Part shown: piece by piece, positions 47,699 through 60,339 of the stretch
How positions within the stretch are numbered: position 1 is the stretch's first letter
Layout of the letters: each line of letters begins with the position of its first letter
Assembly: GCA_030390025.1 (NCBI GenBank)
Contig: CM059432.1
Coordinates: 137,890,001-137,954,000 of the forward strand
DNA from: Squalus acanthias
Lineage: Eukaryota
Direction of reading: 5' to 3'
Length of the DNA stretch: 64,000 nt
Notes under the pieces: model-generated
What the model saw: only the letters and a program-made list of their open reading frames with translations
Told to the model about the DNA's origin: nothing
Database searches by the model: none
Translations under genes and position numbers: made by a program

Positions 47699-50600
47699 CT
47701 TCATGCAGCTCATGTGGCTGCCACCTGCGTACGCAGGTTTGCATCACCCAACACCAACACCATGCAGCAGTCAAACAATGATTCGCCCCTCGTTTTGACT
47801 CTCACCACCATTGCTGGGTGTGAAATGAGCCCTGACCCTTCACTCTGCCACTTCCATTTCATCACACAAATTTGCCAACGACCTCCAAGTGTGACAATTA
47901 GATGATTTATTAACAGCACTTCACAGAATACTAACATGACATTGATAAAGAAAGACACACCTGAGTGTCTACCCTTGTGACTATTTGTGTGGGATCTTTC
48001 TCTTACGGGTGCTTCTCCGTCGTGCTACCCCTGCGGCTTCAGCAGAGGTAGAGGCAGCCTCCTCATCTCCCTGCTGCGCCTGCTTAGATGCCTTTGGCAG
48101 TCGTCCTCTGGGTTTTGGAGCCTCTGATGGCCCCGCCAAAGTCTGCTCCTCCTGCGACTGTGCATGCGCAGACTCGGCCATCACTGTCCGGGGAGGCATC
48201 TGGGGCTCTGACCGAGGGGTTGGCAAGGGGGTGGAAGTCAGAGCGCTTGGAGCGGAGCCCCCACTTTCATGTCCCCTCCCACCATCATCCCTCTCGTGGG
48301 TCACCCGCACTTCACTGTTAGCAAGTAGCTGGAGAGCACATTGCTGCACATCAGTGGGGCCATGAGGGCCCACCTCTATACTGACATTCCTCATAACAAG
48401 GACGCCTATGAGCCTCTGGTTTCTCTCCTCCATAGATGCCCATCTCTCCTGCATAGATGAGCATCTATTTTGAAGAGAAACCATGTTCTCATGCGACTGG
48501 CGCTGTGTCTCTTCCATGCAGGTGGCCATCCTATCCATGGAGGAAGCTATAGTTGCCAGTGAGTGCGCCACAGTGTTGCTCATGCTGGAGACGGACTCCT
48601 CCATTCTCTACACACTCGCAGTCACCACGGTCGCAAAACCAGTCAGAGCCTCCTGCACTTGTTCCTGCAACTCCAGGATCGCCCTCTTCCTGGATGGCCC
48701 CCGAGGCTCAGCGTCTGCATGCAGCTGAGCAGAGCTAGGAGACTCCTGCACCCTCTGACGAGGAGTCTCCACTGCTGTCAAAGACTCCACCATCTGCTGC
48801 TGCTCAGTTGTGATCTGTGAGACACCAGGTGACAACACTACTCTATCTCGCGACATGCCCACTGAGGTGTGCGACTCTGTGCTGGTACTGGGTTGCGTTG
48901 TCTGAGGTGACGCTGCGCCCTCAGAGGCAGGAGGCTCCTCGGAAGAGTCTTCTTGCTGTTGCTCCTGGACATTGGGGGGGGCTCTTGATGGACCTGTGGG
49001 AGAGTGACGACATCAGTTAGATATACAGGATGTCTACTGCAGACACATACCATTATCCACATAATGAGCATTCATCTTGTCTTGACATCACACCACATAT
49101 GAGGCAATGATGAAAGGCATGCAATTGTATGGAAATTCATTCTGTCACCAGCTTCTTCTACTGAGCCCCTCTCTCCGTCCCCCACTTGTGGAACGTCCAC
49201 CACTCCAGCAATCTCCAGTGCTGCCTCCTCTGCACTCGTCAGATAAGATATGGTTTTTGGAGGCCCTCCTCCCATTCTCTCCCTCTCCCTCTTATTGTGG
49301 GCTATCTTTTCCTGCAAGCAGGAAAAGAAGAGAAGGTTCAGTGAGAGTGATGGTGTGAGTGTAAGGAATGGAATGGCATAGAGCTTTACACTGACAATTT
49401 GATGGAGTGGGTTGGCAATACCAGGTTGCCTCCTTTTGTGTTGTTAGTTGCTGTCATTGCATAACGATGAGGCTCAATGTGAGGGCTGCACTGTAAGATG
49501 GCGAGCTGAGAATGTAGAAAGAGTTAGAGTCATCGCAAGAATCCTTCTCAATCGCCTTCTCCCATTGGCTGAAGAGCTCCTCCCAGAGTCGCAATGCGGA
49601 TTCAGCCCACTAAGGGGCACAATGGACATGATCTTCACCGCGCGTCAAATACAAGAGAAATGCAGGGAACAGCACCAACCGCTGTACATGACCTTCTTTG
49701 ACCTCACAAAGGCCTTCGACACCGTCAACCATGAGGGATTATGGAGTGTCCTCCTCAAATTCGGCTGCCCTCAAAAGTTTGTCACCATCCTCCGCCTGCT
49801 TCACGACGACATGCAAGCCGTGATCCTGACCAACGGATCCACCACAGACCCAATTCACGTACTGACCAGGGTCAAGCAAGGCTGTGTCATCGCACCAATG
49901 CTCTTCTTGATCTTCCTGGCTGCAATGCTCCATCTCACCCTCAGTAAGCTCCCCGCTGGAGTGGAGCTAATCTACAGAACAAACGGGAAACTATTCAACC
50001 TCCGTTGCCTCCAGTCCAGATCCAAGGTCGTCCCATCCTCTGTCATCGAATTACAGTATGCAGACGATGCTTGCATCTGCGCACCCTCTGAGGCCGAACT
50101 CCAAACCATCGTCAACACCTTCACCGAAGCGAACGAGAGCATGGGCCTTACACTAAACATCCATAAGACAAAGGTCCTCTACCAACCTGCCCCCGCCACA
50201 CAGTACTGCCCCCCGATTATCAAAATCCACGACGAGGCCTTGGACAACGTGGACCACTTTCCATACCTCGGGAGCCTACTGTAAACAAGGGCAGACATCA
50301 ATGACGAAGTCCAACACCGCCTTCAGTGTGCCAGTGCAGCCTTCGGTCGCCTGAGGAAGAGAGTGTTTGAAGACCAGGACCTCAAACCCAGCACCAAGCT
50401 CATGGTCTACAGACCAGTAGTGATACTCGCCCTCCTGTATGCTTCAGAGATATGGACCATGTACAGCAGGCACCTCAAAGCACTGGAGAGGTACCACCAA
50501 CGCTGCCTCCGCAAGATCCTGCAAATCCATTGGCAGGATAGGCGCACCAACATCAGTGTTCTCGCTCAGGCCAACATCCCCAGCATCGAAGCTTTGACCA

Positions 50601-51598
50601 CGCTCGATCAGCTCCGATGGACGGGCTGTGAAGGAATAGCCAGGATTCAGAAAAATACACGATACTAAAAACAGATTTCTGAAATTATTAATAAATGACA
50701 TACTGGGTTTAAAAGTTTGAAAGCCTCGGCGACACAGGCTGTAGGCACAATACAGGCTTCTGAGATAAAGATCAGTTATTCACAAGTTGTAAAACACCAC
50801 AGGCTTTGAAATGGGAATGGGTTATTGACCAAGAAACAAGCCCTATTGATAAAGCAAAGGTTTGCTTCCAGAGCGTCTGGACATTGGAATCAAAACAATG
50901 GAATGACTCAAGTAAAGTGTTATAATCTAACACATCGAACAGGTGCACAGAACATTAAAAAAACCAAGTGCCTTTGAAAAAATGACATCAAGTAAGAAAT
51001 ACCTGTCGTAAAATAGTTTTATGTTCAACTTAGAAACAGGAAATATGATTAAATATGCAACCAATTCAGATAGCTAGAAAACAAGTAAACACTGAGTTAA
51101 AGTGTTTTCAATTTACATGTTGTAAATGTGATACCTACAGAAAGCTTTGAAGAAATGACATCAAGTAAAAGAAATGCCTGCTGAACAAATAGTTTTAATG
51201 TTAAGCTTGAAATATGGAGTCCCGAGGTCTGATAAAAACCAATTGAAGTAAATTAGAAATGCATGAAGATACTAGAGAAGTGTTTTTAATTTACAAGTTG
51301 TAAAAAGTACACAAACAAGACGACTTTGAAAATATTACTTCAATGGATACACCAAGCAATTACATTGTTCTTGTATTGAACTTGAAATACCACAGAGTCA
51401 CAACGTCTGATAAAAACCAGTTAAAGTAGTATTAGAAATTCAATAGAAAGACTTCGATAAGAATTGCATCAAACAGAAACCATTGCTGTCATTGTGTTTA
51501 TGATGGTTTTGGAAACACCTAAACAGGACACAAGTCTAAAAGCTGACAGCTGAAATGACAGTAAAGAATAGAACAAAGTCAGCAAAGAATGACTTGAT

Positions 51599-52030
51599 GG
51601 GCAACACGGTGGCATAGTGGTTAGCACTGGTGCTTCACAGCGCTAGGGACCCGGGTTCGAATCTGACCTTGGGTGACTGTCTGTGTGGAGTTTGCATATT
51701 CTCCCCGTGTCTGCGTGGGTTTCCTCCGGGTGCTCCGGTTTCCTCCCACAGTCCAAAAATGTGTGGATTAGGTTGATTTGGCTATGATAAATTGACCCTT
51801 AGTGTTAGGGGGGGATTAAATATGTGGGGTTATGGGGATAGGATGGGATATGTTAGGGGGAATTAAATACGTGGGGTTACTGGGATAGGTGCAGGCTCGA
51901 TGTGGGGATTCGGTGTGAGAAAGCAGGGACAGGGTACTGGATTTGGATGATCAGCCATGATCATATTGAATGGTGGAGCAGGCTTGACGGGCCGAATGGC
52001 CTACTCCTGCTCCTAGTTTCTATGTTTCTA
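51599..52030 (+). mobile_element. HE1-like V-SINE
   Basis: tRNA head, V-domain TGTGTGGAGTTTGC..TTCTCCCCGTGTCTGCGTGGGTTTCCTCCGGG, CR1-derived tail. Confidence 0.9.
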
Positions 52031-52297
52031 ATTAGCTTACACAAGCACGAATACTTCAAAGGATAAACCACCCAAAAAAGAGTATAAAACATAGACCTTT
52101 TCAAACAGAAAAGTCAGAAGTCGCTGGGAAGACAAGCGTTTCTCAACTTTACAGACATACTCTGTAAGTTTTTAAATTTTGAGTCTCAGGGATCAAGGTA
52201 CTCTTATTTGATTTTGGTGGATATTCTGGATTAAGAAATAAGTAGAAGTGTGGAAATGTAACTAAGTTAAGATTTGAGAATAAGGATCTCTAATAAG

Positions 52298-52598
52298 ATA
52301 GAAACATAGAAACATAGAAACTAGGAGCCGGAGTAGGCCATTCGGCCCGTCGAGCCTGCTCCACCATTCAATACGATCATGGCTGATCATCCAAATCCAG
52401 TACCCTGTCCCTGCTTTCCCACACAGAATCCCCATCGAGCCTGCACCGACACACATCCCACCCTATCCCCGTAACCCCACGTATTTAATTCCCCCTAACA
52501 TATCCCATCCTATCCCTGTAACCCCACATATTTAACCCCCCCTAACACTAAGGGTCAATTTATCATAGCCAAATCAACCTAACCCGCATATTTTTGGA
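52298..52598 (-). mobile_element. 5'-truncated HE1-like SINE
   Basis: Reverse complement of 58210-58549. Confidence 0.9.
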
Positions 52599-54579
52599 TA
52601 ATGTAAGCTATTTGTGTTTTGAACGATTAAAGTTGCGATTGCCATAATGTTTACTAAAAGTCGGTTCGTTAATAAATCTATATATTGTTAGAATTATCTC
52701 AAAGAATAATTCTGTATCATCTTGCGAACTCAATTTCTGTACACTCAAAGGAGTTCAGAATTCTGGGGGGTATTCCGGACCCTTATAATATCCGGAAGGT
52801 TACAGTCTAGTTAAACTTATTAAAAGTATTATCTGGAGGACGGTAACACCTTTAGACCGTTTCTTTCCTTTAGGGAGAGGTAGTCTGACCTTTAGACCCA
52901 ATTAAGCGTCTTATAGGATCCGGCTACTGCAAACTTTAGTTGAAGGTAAACGTCTGGGGAATACACCTGATCTGGGGTAGTCCGAAAGGGCTAGGACTTG
53001 TAATTATCCCTTCAGGGCCACATCGTCCGCATGTCCGATACGAGACTCCCAAAACAAGCGCTCTACTCGGAGCTCTGACACGGCAAGAGAGCCCAGGTGG
53101 GCAGAGGAAATGCTTCAAGGACACCCTCAAAGCCTCCTTGAAAAAGTGCAACATCCCCACCGACACCTGGGAATCCCTGGCCCAAGACCGCACAAAGTGG
53201 AGGAGAAGCATCCGGGAAGGCTCCGAACACCTCGAGTCTCTTCGCTGGGAGCAAGCGGAAGCCAAGCGCAAACAGCGGAAGGAGCGCACATCAACCCAAG
53301 CACCCCACCCACCCGCCCCTTCAACCAATGTCTGCCCCACCTGTGACAGAGACTGTAGGTCCCGCATTGGACTCAGCAGTCACCTGAGAACTCATTTTTA
53401 GTGTGGAAGCAAGTCATCCTCGGTTCCGATGGACTGCCTAAGAAGAAGAAGATGAGTATAAGGAATGGAATGGCATAGAGCTTTACACTGACAATTTGAT
53501 GGAGTGGGTTGGCAATACCAAGGTGCCTCCTTTTGTGTTGTTAGTTGCTGTCATTGCATAACGATGAGGCTCAGTGTGAGAGCTGCACAGTAAGATGGTG
53601 ACCTGATAATGTAGATAGAGTTAGAGGGATGGATGAAGGTACAAGGGATGTTGGGCTGTGTAGCGTTGTGCAGGAGTAGGGGTGGCAATGTAGAGCGGTG
53701 CGAATGTGATGAGACACACAGCAGCATCAAGGTAATTGTGGCTTAATGCTCACTTTTCCTGATCTTACTAGATCATTGAACCTCTTGCGGCACTGCACCC
53801 AGGTTCGAACCACCACTGACAGCCCGTAACCTCCTGCGATATCTGCAGCCTCACTGCCTTTGTCTGCTGGGGAGGCCTCTTCCTGCCGTCCGCAGGGAAG
53901 AGAACCTCCCTACGTGCTCCCACTCCCTCCACAAGCTGATGGAGGGACTCATCTGTGAAGTGAGGTGCTGATTGTTGGTGCTGCAAGCTCATAGTGCAGA
54001 GACTCAAACACTAACAGCACTGAATGCCATCAATTTGCAACTGACAGTAACTGGGGCCATGGCCCCTTTAAATAAACCGGCAATAATCGCGTCATCCGGT
54101 GATGTCACCAGACCTGCACCCTTTAATAGGGCCGGGAAACGCGCAGGGCGGGGCCTAACAAGGCCCATTAGGGCAAGATTCGATTTATCGACGGGATCCA
54201 CGCAACAGCAGGGTCGCCCCCTCCCGCCGCCAACCTCTCCCACCTTGAAGCCGCCCAAGCGGGCGAATTCACGGCCCTGTTTTGAACAGATAATCTAGGC
54301 TGACACTCCCGGTGCAGTACCTAGGGAGTGCTGCACTGTCAGAAGTGCTGTCTTTTGGATGAGATGTTAAAGTGAGGCCCTGGCTGCCCTTTCAGGTGGA
54401 TGTAAAAGATCTTATGGCACTATTTCAAATTGACTGTCTTTGCAGTCAGGCAATTGAATGTGGCTCAGGGTAAAACCAAAGAAGAGGAAAGGAAAAATTG
54501 GTTTAGAATAGGAGAAGGGGGAAGCACATCAGAAAGCAAAATTAGTCATCAAATTACCCCTTTTTACCATGAAGTACAC

Positions 54580-55949
54580 TGTAGGGGGTGGTGGTTTGTG
54601 TCAGCTTCACCTCTGACTTCTGAGCGGTTCAAATCGCTCCCACTCCCTTGGTTCTAGACCTTGGACTTATTTGGGGGTTGTGACAAAAAGTGCAGCAGAC
54701 AACTGGGTTTGATGCAAGAACTTTGATCTTTATTCAAGAAAGTAAAACACAACACAAACACTCTTAACACTCTAAAAGTGGGGAAAACTTCGGTACAAGC
54801 GAGGGAAATAACATTAGAAGAATACTTCACCCCTCCCAATCCCACTTCACTAGCTAAGTTGGACTCTGGAGAACCAGGGATAATGCTCACCAAACGAATC
54901 CTTGACAGTTGAGATGGTTCGCGGTTTCGGGGTTCGCTGGATTGGATTTATCGGGTGAGTACCCACTTTTCTTTGGTTAGAGTTAGGGTTTAGAGTCCTT
55001 TTAAGTAAAAGGTTTCGTAAGGCCCTTGTTGCCGCGAGGTGTCCGATGGTCACTGAGGCAGTCGCTCTGGTCTCTTCTTGCGTGTCGGCCTGCTTCTGGA
55101 GCTGCTGGCCTTCTTTGTTGAACTTCTTTCTGTTGCCCCCTCGCCTTGTTGAACTGTCTTCTTCAGAGCTGTGGAACTGCCTTCTTGCAGAACTGTGGAA
55201 CTGCCTTCTGCCGGACTGCTTGCTGAACTCCCTGCTGCTTGCTGTAACTGTGTAACTGCTCCACCCTTGAACTTGTAGGGAACTTCTTGTAACTGCTGAA
55301 CTGTGTACCTGTACTGGAGAACTCGAACTTGAACTGTTGAGAACGGGCCTTTAATTATACCCATTGAAGCTTCCTTATCTACATGCCAAATCAAATCCCG
55401 GTCATTGTAAGATTTTGGTGGGCTCGTAAACAGTAACCTGTTTGTTAACGTGTGAAGTGGTTTCAAGATGGCTCCATCCTGTCGATTTGTTGTTTAATTG
55501 TAGTTGATTGTCCTCATGTTTTGGGTTTCTTGGCTGGGCCTAGGATTTCTATAGAGTAAGCCGAAGTGATCTATTTTATGCATGTCTTTAATGGGCTCTG
55601 TAAATTTGGGTGGAGACTGTTTTTCCTCAGGTATTGTTAGGATGTTAATGTCTGCTAGGGGCCGATTTAACTCCAAGTGAGGTCATGCGGTTTCCCAGAC
55701 AGTTCCCGTTAACTTCAATATCCAAACTGTCTTTACAGAGGTTGATCCCACCTTCCTTCACAGCCTTTTCTCCCTTACAAGCCCAGACATGTTTTAAAAA
55801 TACCAAATCTTGGTTTTTGCTCTAAAATGTCCTTCGGTTAAGCCCAATGCATTTCACCACCTGTAATAGTTAGAAAAAGAGTCCAAAGTCTTTTTCCTTA
55901 GGGTTTGTCTTCGAGTTTTGGGGGATCTGTGAATTTTGAGAATCTTACA
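54580..55949 (-). mobile_element. 1370-bp solo LTR
   Basis: TGTAGG...CTTACA termini, 4-bp TSD ACAC/ACAC, AATAAA on - near 54730. Confidence 0.8.
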
Positions 55950-56467
55950 ACACTTGAGCAATTGTTATGTTGTTTCCGAGGCAATATCAGAATTTTTTTT
56001 AAATGTTAAAAGATAATAATTATAATACACAGGGCAAGACCAGTCTGATATAGAAGAACTAAGCTGTTATAATAACATAAACACTGGTCTAGCTTGAAAA
56101 TATTCAATCAACTGCTCCTGACTGGTTATGGCAGCACAGCCTAAAATGACATGGTTTAAATATGAGTTTTCCTTGGCTAACATGTTCAGCTATTGTTTTG
56201 TTCCATGTATAATGCCAATCAGATGTTGGTAAGGCTGAGAGGTTTGATGGTCCTTTGCAACCGAGTGCCATGTGTGTCGTAATGTGTCAGTGGGAGAAGG
56301 AGGCTCAATTCTCTCAAAGTGCTGACTTCCCTATCTCAGCTGAGAGCACCTTTGATGGGAAGGAGAGTGAAGATCAGGAGGACTCGTCCTCAGACTGTTG
56401 CAAAGTGCCATTTGGAGAGGGGCTCAGGGAAGCAGTGGTGGAAACGTGCAACTAAGTTGCCTCCCCA

Positions 56468-56552
56468 TCCTGATGCTGCCTGGTCAGCTGAGTATTTCCA
56501 GCATTTTCTGTTTATATTTCAGATTTCCAGCATCCACTGTAGTTTGCCTTTG
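56468..56552 (+). mobile_element. Penelope-like terminal repeat fragment (no ribozyme core)
   Basis: Reverse complement of 14441-14485 and 14675-14729. Confidence 0.7.
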
Positions 56553-57264
56553 TCTACCCATCCTGTAGTCTACTGGGAGGGGTTGGGGGGAGGAAGGGGC
56601 CTGGGGATTTAAGCTGATTTAACAAAAATATAATATAGTTGATGCTTCAAAAGGGAGAAGATAATTTTTTTAAGCCTAAAACTATTTTGCACTATTATTA
56701 CATATAAAACTTAGATTAAACAAAGCTTCTTGGACTTAAAGTCAACAATATTGCCATCCGCTGTGCTTTGCACACTCTGGGTGGTGATTCCACACATCAG
56801 CAGAGAAACGCTCGTATTCCTTTCATGTTGATCCTTTCGAATTGGACTCTGCGGTGAACAGGTAATGATGAATGCCTCCTCTTCATCCCTATCCACAGGA
56901 CAGACCCGGTCCCAGTGTCCGCAATCCGAAAAGAACTACAAAAATTGCATTGTTGTCATTTAATATATATATTTGTACTTCAAGTATGAAAGAAAAACTT
57001 TTTTTTGGTTGGCCTTTCAGTTAAAATATGACTTGTCTGAACTTGTGGGAGCATAGCGTTCCCACCGTATTCCTGGAGAAAGCCAACCTTTCCCGATTGA
57101 CGCAGCTCCCCAATACTGTATTGTAGGCTTTAATAGATGTTCCTGAATACCCCTTCCCTCTGCAGTAACAGGGTGGGTATGTAGGGGGCAGCAGTAAGGC
57201 CTGTTTATCACAGCAATGTGCCTTATGCTCAGACTCCGCACATTGCAACAGTTTCCAACATAAC

Positions 57265-57958
57265 GGCTTGGAAATTGCGGTCGGAGGCTTGCCGCCCGCG
57301 GAGGCCTCCGAATGGCAAGAAAACTCCATACTTACCTGCTGCCTCCGGAGCTTCGGACTCTTATGCTCCTGGGCCTCCCGGCGTACGCCTGCGTAAAGGC
57401 CCACGAATCTCGGGGGCGCATGAGGTTCGCAAGCGTCCCTGGGATCACATGGGCCAGGCCAACCAATGACAGAGGGGGATTCCTATTGTGCTTATGGGGA
57501 TTCCATTTACCTACGGAATCCCCATAAGCACAATAGAAATCACCAAATAAATAAAATTTCACACTTCTTAATTAAAATAAATAATCACAGGTTCAAAATT
57601 AATTAAAATACCATTTAATTAAACATTTAAAATAAAACTTACATTTTTTGAAAAATAAATTTAAACATTTTTAACCGGGACAATATTGACCTAAACTAAT
57701 TTTAAATGTAAGTGAATGTTTAAATCATTTAAAAAATGTTATTTTAACATTTATTTAAACCCTTACGCTGGTAAAAGAAGCCCTTACGCCTGCTTTTACC
57801 AGGTGTAAGGGTTTGGTGCGTATTCACTGGGCAGTAGTTGGGCAAACCCTGCGCCAGTGAAAGTGCATTTACAGCGGATGTGGACGATGAGAAGGAGAAA
57901 CTTGCGGGGCACTTACGACGTCGTACGCTGTCATCATAGGCCCCATCAAATCCGGGCC
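57265..57958. mobile_element. Probable Harbinger-type MITE, right end uncertain
   Basis: GGCTTGGAAATT left end; homology to 62260-62310 in reverse; internal hairpin. Confidence 0.5.
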
Positions 57959-58055
57959 ATCTCTCGAGAATTATTGGTGTGTGCACGTCAGACACAGAAG
58001 AGCTGAACCCTGAGAATAGATTGTCATCCTGAAATCGCTCCCTGGCATCTGTTAT

Positions 58056-58549
58056 GGGGCAACACGATGGCATAGTGGTTAGCACTGGTGCCTCACAGCG
58101 CCAGGGACCCGGGTTCGAATCCGGCCTCGGGTGACTGTCTGTGTGGAGTTTGCACATTCTCCCCGTGTCTGCGTGGGTTTCCTCCGGGTGCTCCGGTTTC
58201 CTCCCACAGTCCAAAAATGTGTGGGTTAGGTTGATTTGGCTATGATAAATTGACCCTTAGTGTTAGGGGGGGATTAAATATGTGGGGTTACGGGGATAGG
58301 ATGGGATATGTTAGGGGGAATTAAATATGTGGGGTTACGGGGATAGGATGGGATATGTTAGGGGGAATTAAATATGTGGGGTTACGGGGATAGGGTGGGA
58401 TATGTGTCGGTGCAGGCTCGATGGGGATTCTGTGTGGGAAAGCAGGGACAGGGTACTGGATTTGGATGATCAGCCATGATCGTATTGAATGGTGGAGCAG
58501 GCTCGACGGGCCGAATGGCCTACTCCTGCTCCTAGTTTCTATGTTTCTA
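58056..58549 (+). mobile_element. Full-length HE1-like V-SINE
   Basis: A/B boxes, V-domain, three ~43-bp internal repeats, possible TSD TGTTAT. Confidence 0.92.
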
Positions 58550-58884
58550 TGTTATTATTTTGAATGCGTGCTGTTTTCTCATTGAAAGATGGGCGGTTTA
58601 CTCAGCCTTTCTCTCTCTTTTATTTTACTGAAAGTGCTTGTTAATGACCTCTCCAACTGTCATGTATCTGACACACAAGAGGATACATTCACTGATCCCA
58701 GATTTCCTGTTTGGAGCCTCACTCGTGGAGCGTGGATTGGAGATTGGATTACAACATGAGTGCCAGATTTATGACTTGCTCTCCCCGCTGAGAGTCGATC
58801 CTGTGCTAGGGAGGAGGATGGGGTGGGGGGGGGCGGGGGGGAGGAATCAATCAGGGTTCCTGCTCCTGATTGGTATTTCCTGCT

Positions 58885-59343
58885 GAAACAACAGCAACAT
58901 CTTGCATTTATATAGCGCCTTTAACGTAGTAAAACGTCCCAAGGCGCTTCACAGGAGCGCCGCCAGACAAAATTTGGCACCGAGGAGATATTAGAACAGG
59001 TGGCCTAAAGCTTGGTCAAAGAGGTAGGTTTTAAGGAGCATCTTAAAGGAGGAGAGGTTTAGGGAGGGAATTCCAGTGTTTGGGGCCGAGACAGCAGAAG
59101 GCACGGCCGCCAATGGTGGGGCGATGGAAATCGGGGATGTACAAGAGGCCAGAATTGGAGGAGGGCAGAGATCTCAGAGGGTTGTAGGACTGGAGGAGGT
59201 TACAGAAATAGGGAGGGGGGAGGCCATGGAGGGATTTGAAAACAAGGACGAGAATTTTTAAATCGAGATGCTGCTGGACTGGGAGCCAATGTAGGTCAGC
59301 GTGATGGTTGAGTGGGACTTGGTGCGAGTTAGGATACGGGCAG
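58885..59343 (-). mobile_element. L2 3' fragment
   Basis: Reverse complement of 37400-37898. Confidence 0.88.
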
Positions 59344-60339
59344 CAAGAGTGTTCGCCTACACATATGGACTCCAGGTGAACACAGGGTTAGACTGGAGCT
59401 GTGATACCCGCCCATGCTTTAGTTGAAAGCCTACCGTCTAAGCTCAGATATGAAAACTAGTGGCTTAAGCAATGTCTGGTGAGCAGCTAGTGCCAATAGA
59501 GAAAACTGGGGATTGGGGGGGGAAGCGGGGGGGGGGGGTGAAAATAAATGATTCAATCATTCAAACTTATCAAGAAACAATTTGCTGCAGGACTTTGATA
59601 GCCTAGGCCCAGCACCTATTCTCACATTTTGATTACAGCAGTTGTTGGCACATGCGGTGGTTCAGTTGTCCCAGTAGAGCATGCTGACCTAACAATGCTG
59701 CCAGAAAAATGTCAATATTACAGTGCAAAGGAAACCTGGAGCCAGCGGATAGCATTTCACAAAAGGCCTCTCCAGCTCCTTCTGTTCCAGGAACAGACTG
59801 TTCTTAACACAATGTGATCAAGTCACTTCCAACGTTAAGAAGTTAAGAAACAGGTGGGCCCGAAACCCATCTGCAAGCGTGTGGAATGCGCAATTTAGCT
59901 TTGAATGGGGAACAACTTGAATGACCAAGGTGTCAGGATCTTCCTCATGCGTGGACTAAATTCACCTCAGTAAGCTCGTGTGAGCTGGCTTTCAACTCCC
60001 ACTAGAAGTTTACGGATGGCATCTTGAAAATCCCTTCAATGGAGGTAACGTGGCAGAAGGTAATGGGTTTGAGCTCATGATTTAGGCTAATAATGCAATA
60101 CAGATGGATAATTGAAATCCCCCACCGCCACAAAACAACACTGTTCTGCTGCCTTTCTAATGTGTTTGCAAAGTTCCCTGTCCTGCTGAGCCTGTTGTCT
60201 TGGAAGTCTAGAACAGACATCAAGGGATCAACTTTGGCCCAAATCCTGCACCCAAGAGCTGCACCCAAATCGCTTCAATCCTTGTTAGTTGACCAATATC
60301 CCCAGTCTCTATTGCAACCATAACCTCTTCTCAAAACAA

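Larger units (their letters stand above)
50627..53014 (+). mobile_element. Long solo LTR (ERV- or Gypsy-like) inside the RTE
   Basis: TGTGAAGG...CCTTCA termini, 4-bp TSD GGGC/GGGC, TATAAAA at ~52084, AATAAA at 52671; RTE frame resumes after it. Confidence 0.88.
49530..53452 (+). mobile_element. 5'-truncated RTE LINE in Myb intron 1
   Basis: LPESQCGF, FDLTKAFDTV, KQGCVIAP, YADD, QLRW.GH motifs, C-terminal CPTC..SHLRTH zinc finger, (AAG)n tail. Confidence 0.95.
47981..53992 (-). pseudogene. Harbinger Myb-like gene, 3 exons, disrupted
   Basis: Exon 1 53992-53754 (frameshift), exon 2 ~49311-49149, exon 3 ~48992-47981 (stop near 48607); homologous to the element 2 gene. Confidence 0.87.
45916..54276 (+). 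mobile_element. Harbinger element 4 (full length, defective, with nested RTE, LTR and SINEs)
   Basis: Right TIR GAATTCACGGCC, degenerate left TIR, host SINE continuity, both genes present. Confidence 0.85.
45842..54428 (+). mobile_element. Deu-SINE split by Harbinger element 4 (pieces 45842-45915 and 54277-54428)
   Basis: tRNA head ends at CCCACTCCAG; SINE resumes with AATCTAGGCTGACACTCC. Confidence 0.8.

Noticed and set aside
56711..56935. Possible terminal exon on the minus strand (TTTTGTAG acceptor, ~75 open codons)
   Set aside because: No recognisable protein similarity or partner exons; needs RNA-seq or BLASTX
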